Shown here: positions 30,111-30,657 of the stretch, in pieces | Numbering within the stretch: position 1 is the stretch's first letter | How the letters are laid out: the number at the start of each line of letters is the position of its first letter | Made by a program: the position numbers and the translations under genes | Origin: Myxococcota bacterium | GTDB taxonomy: Bacteria > Myxococcota > SpSt-1050 | Length of the DNA: 30,657 nucleotides | Direction of reading: 5' to 3' | NCBI GenBank assembly: GCA_049969675.1 | Contig: JBMFOP010000028.1 | Location: 2,399 to 33,055, forward strand | The notes under the pieces: model-generated | Database searches by the model: none | The model's input: the letters and a program-made list of their open reading frames with translations, nothing else | What the model was told of the DNA's origin: nothing

Positions 30111-30155
30111 TTCCTCAATAAAAATACCTATTCATTACCTTCCTCAATAAAAATA
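30111..30155. repeat. 16-bp direct repeat (TTCCTCAATAAAAATA x2, 29-bp period) containing the activase SD
   Basis: Copies at 30111-30126 and 30140-30155. Confidence 0.9.
30115..30135 (-). other. Candidate leader micro-ORF MNRYFY
   Basis: Minus strand reads GAGGAAGGTA ATG AAT AGG TAT TTT TAT TGA GGAAAACGAG ATG. The stop overlaps the activase SD. Confidence 0.35.
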
Positions 30156-30256
30156 TTGAATAACAAAGTTCCTTAACAATTACAGAGTATTTTTAGATTG
30201 TCAAGGGGAAGAAATCCAGATATCTCTTAAAGTACTTAATTGCCTTACAGGAAAAT

Positions 30257-30469
30257 ATGGAGTGGAAAGGAAAATTTTTAGGGGTAATTTTCTCTATGAA
30301 TGCCATCAAATATACACACTCCGGAATTGCACGGACACTCTTATCAATGACTCCTATTACAATCATCCCTTTCTCCGTTCTGGTCTGTAAGGAGAAGATT
30401 GGCGTCCGGTCAATAATTGGAACTCTTATAGCACTACAGGGAGTAGTTGTATTAATCCAGTTCAAATAG
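30257..30469 (+). pseudogene. 5'-truncated DMT/EamA transporter remnant (last two to three helices)
   Basis: FLGV...AIKYTHSGIARTLLSMTPITIIP...KEKIGVRSIIGTLIALQGV is the C-terminal EamA pattern. The upstream sequence is not EamA-like. Confidence 0.75.
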
Positions 30470-30537
30470 CCCTTGTATTTTTGTAAAAATTATATTATAC
30501 ATTCTCTACAACAGATATTAATCCGAGGTGATTCTTG

Positions 30538-30657
30538 ATGGATAGATCTTTTTTGCAATCAGGTGCCCTTGACTTCATTATTAATAGTATACCTGCACAG
30601 ATATATTACAAAGATAAGGATTTGAAATATAGGTGGGTAAATAAGAGATTTTTGCAG
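30538..30657 (+). CDS. PAS-domain protein, N-terminal part (runs off the window; not in the ORF track)
   Basis: SD GAGGTG, then MDRSFLQSGALDFIINSIPAQIYYKDKDLKYRWVNKRFLQ, a typical PAS_4 start (I.DS.P..IYYKD...RY..VN..F). Confidence 0.8.
   Translation, partial: MDRSFLQSGALDFIINSIPAQIYYKDKDLKYRWVNKRFLQ

Noticed and set aside
30193..30465. 90-aa minus-strand ORF
   Set aside because: It is the antisense shadow of the EamA fragment.

Overview
A low-GC window (roughly 38-40% by eye) with myxobacterial-type (Myxococcota/deltaproteobacterial) gene content and anaerobic metabolism. Surface and signalling genes: a VWA/Cys-rich adhesin-like protein, an FGE-fold lipoprotein, an FHA-FHA-TM-TPR protein, a Ser/Thr pseudokinase, a degenerate hybrid histidine kinase, and a PilS-type kinase coupled to dnaJ. 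Metabolic genes: a single-chain dihydropyrimidine-dehydrogenase-like flavoenzyme with ssnA and tlyA; a cluster of GH5 lipoprotein, outer-membrane barrel, Na+/solute symporter and small membrane protein, followed by ald; and a giant fused 2-hydroxyacyl-CoA dehydratase/activase. The intergenic gaps hold decayed material that the ORF track does not resolve: a collapsed type III restriction (Res) pseudogene, a frameshifted lipoprotein gene beside an IS21-like end, an inverted-repeat-bounded element of about 460 bp, an EamA fragment, and a YFY-containing micro leader ORF. The best candidates for undescribed systems are (1) the putative glycolipid-scavenging cluster, (2) the DPYD-architecture enzyme paired with SsnA with altered substrate residues, and (3) a C-terminal CxC tail lacking the usual transmembrane helix. 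No rRNA, tRNA or CRISPR array was seen. All family assignments come from motif recognition, without database searches.
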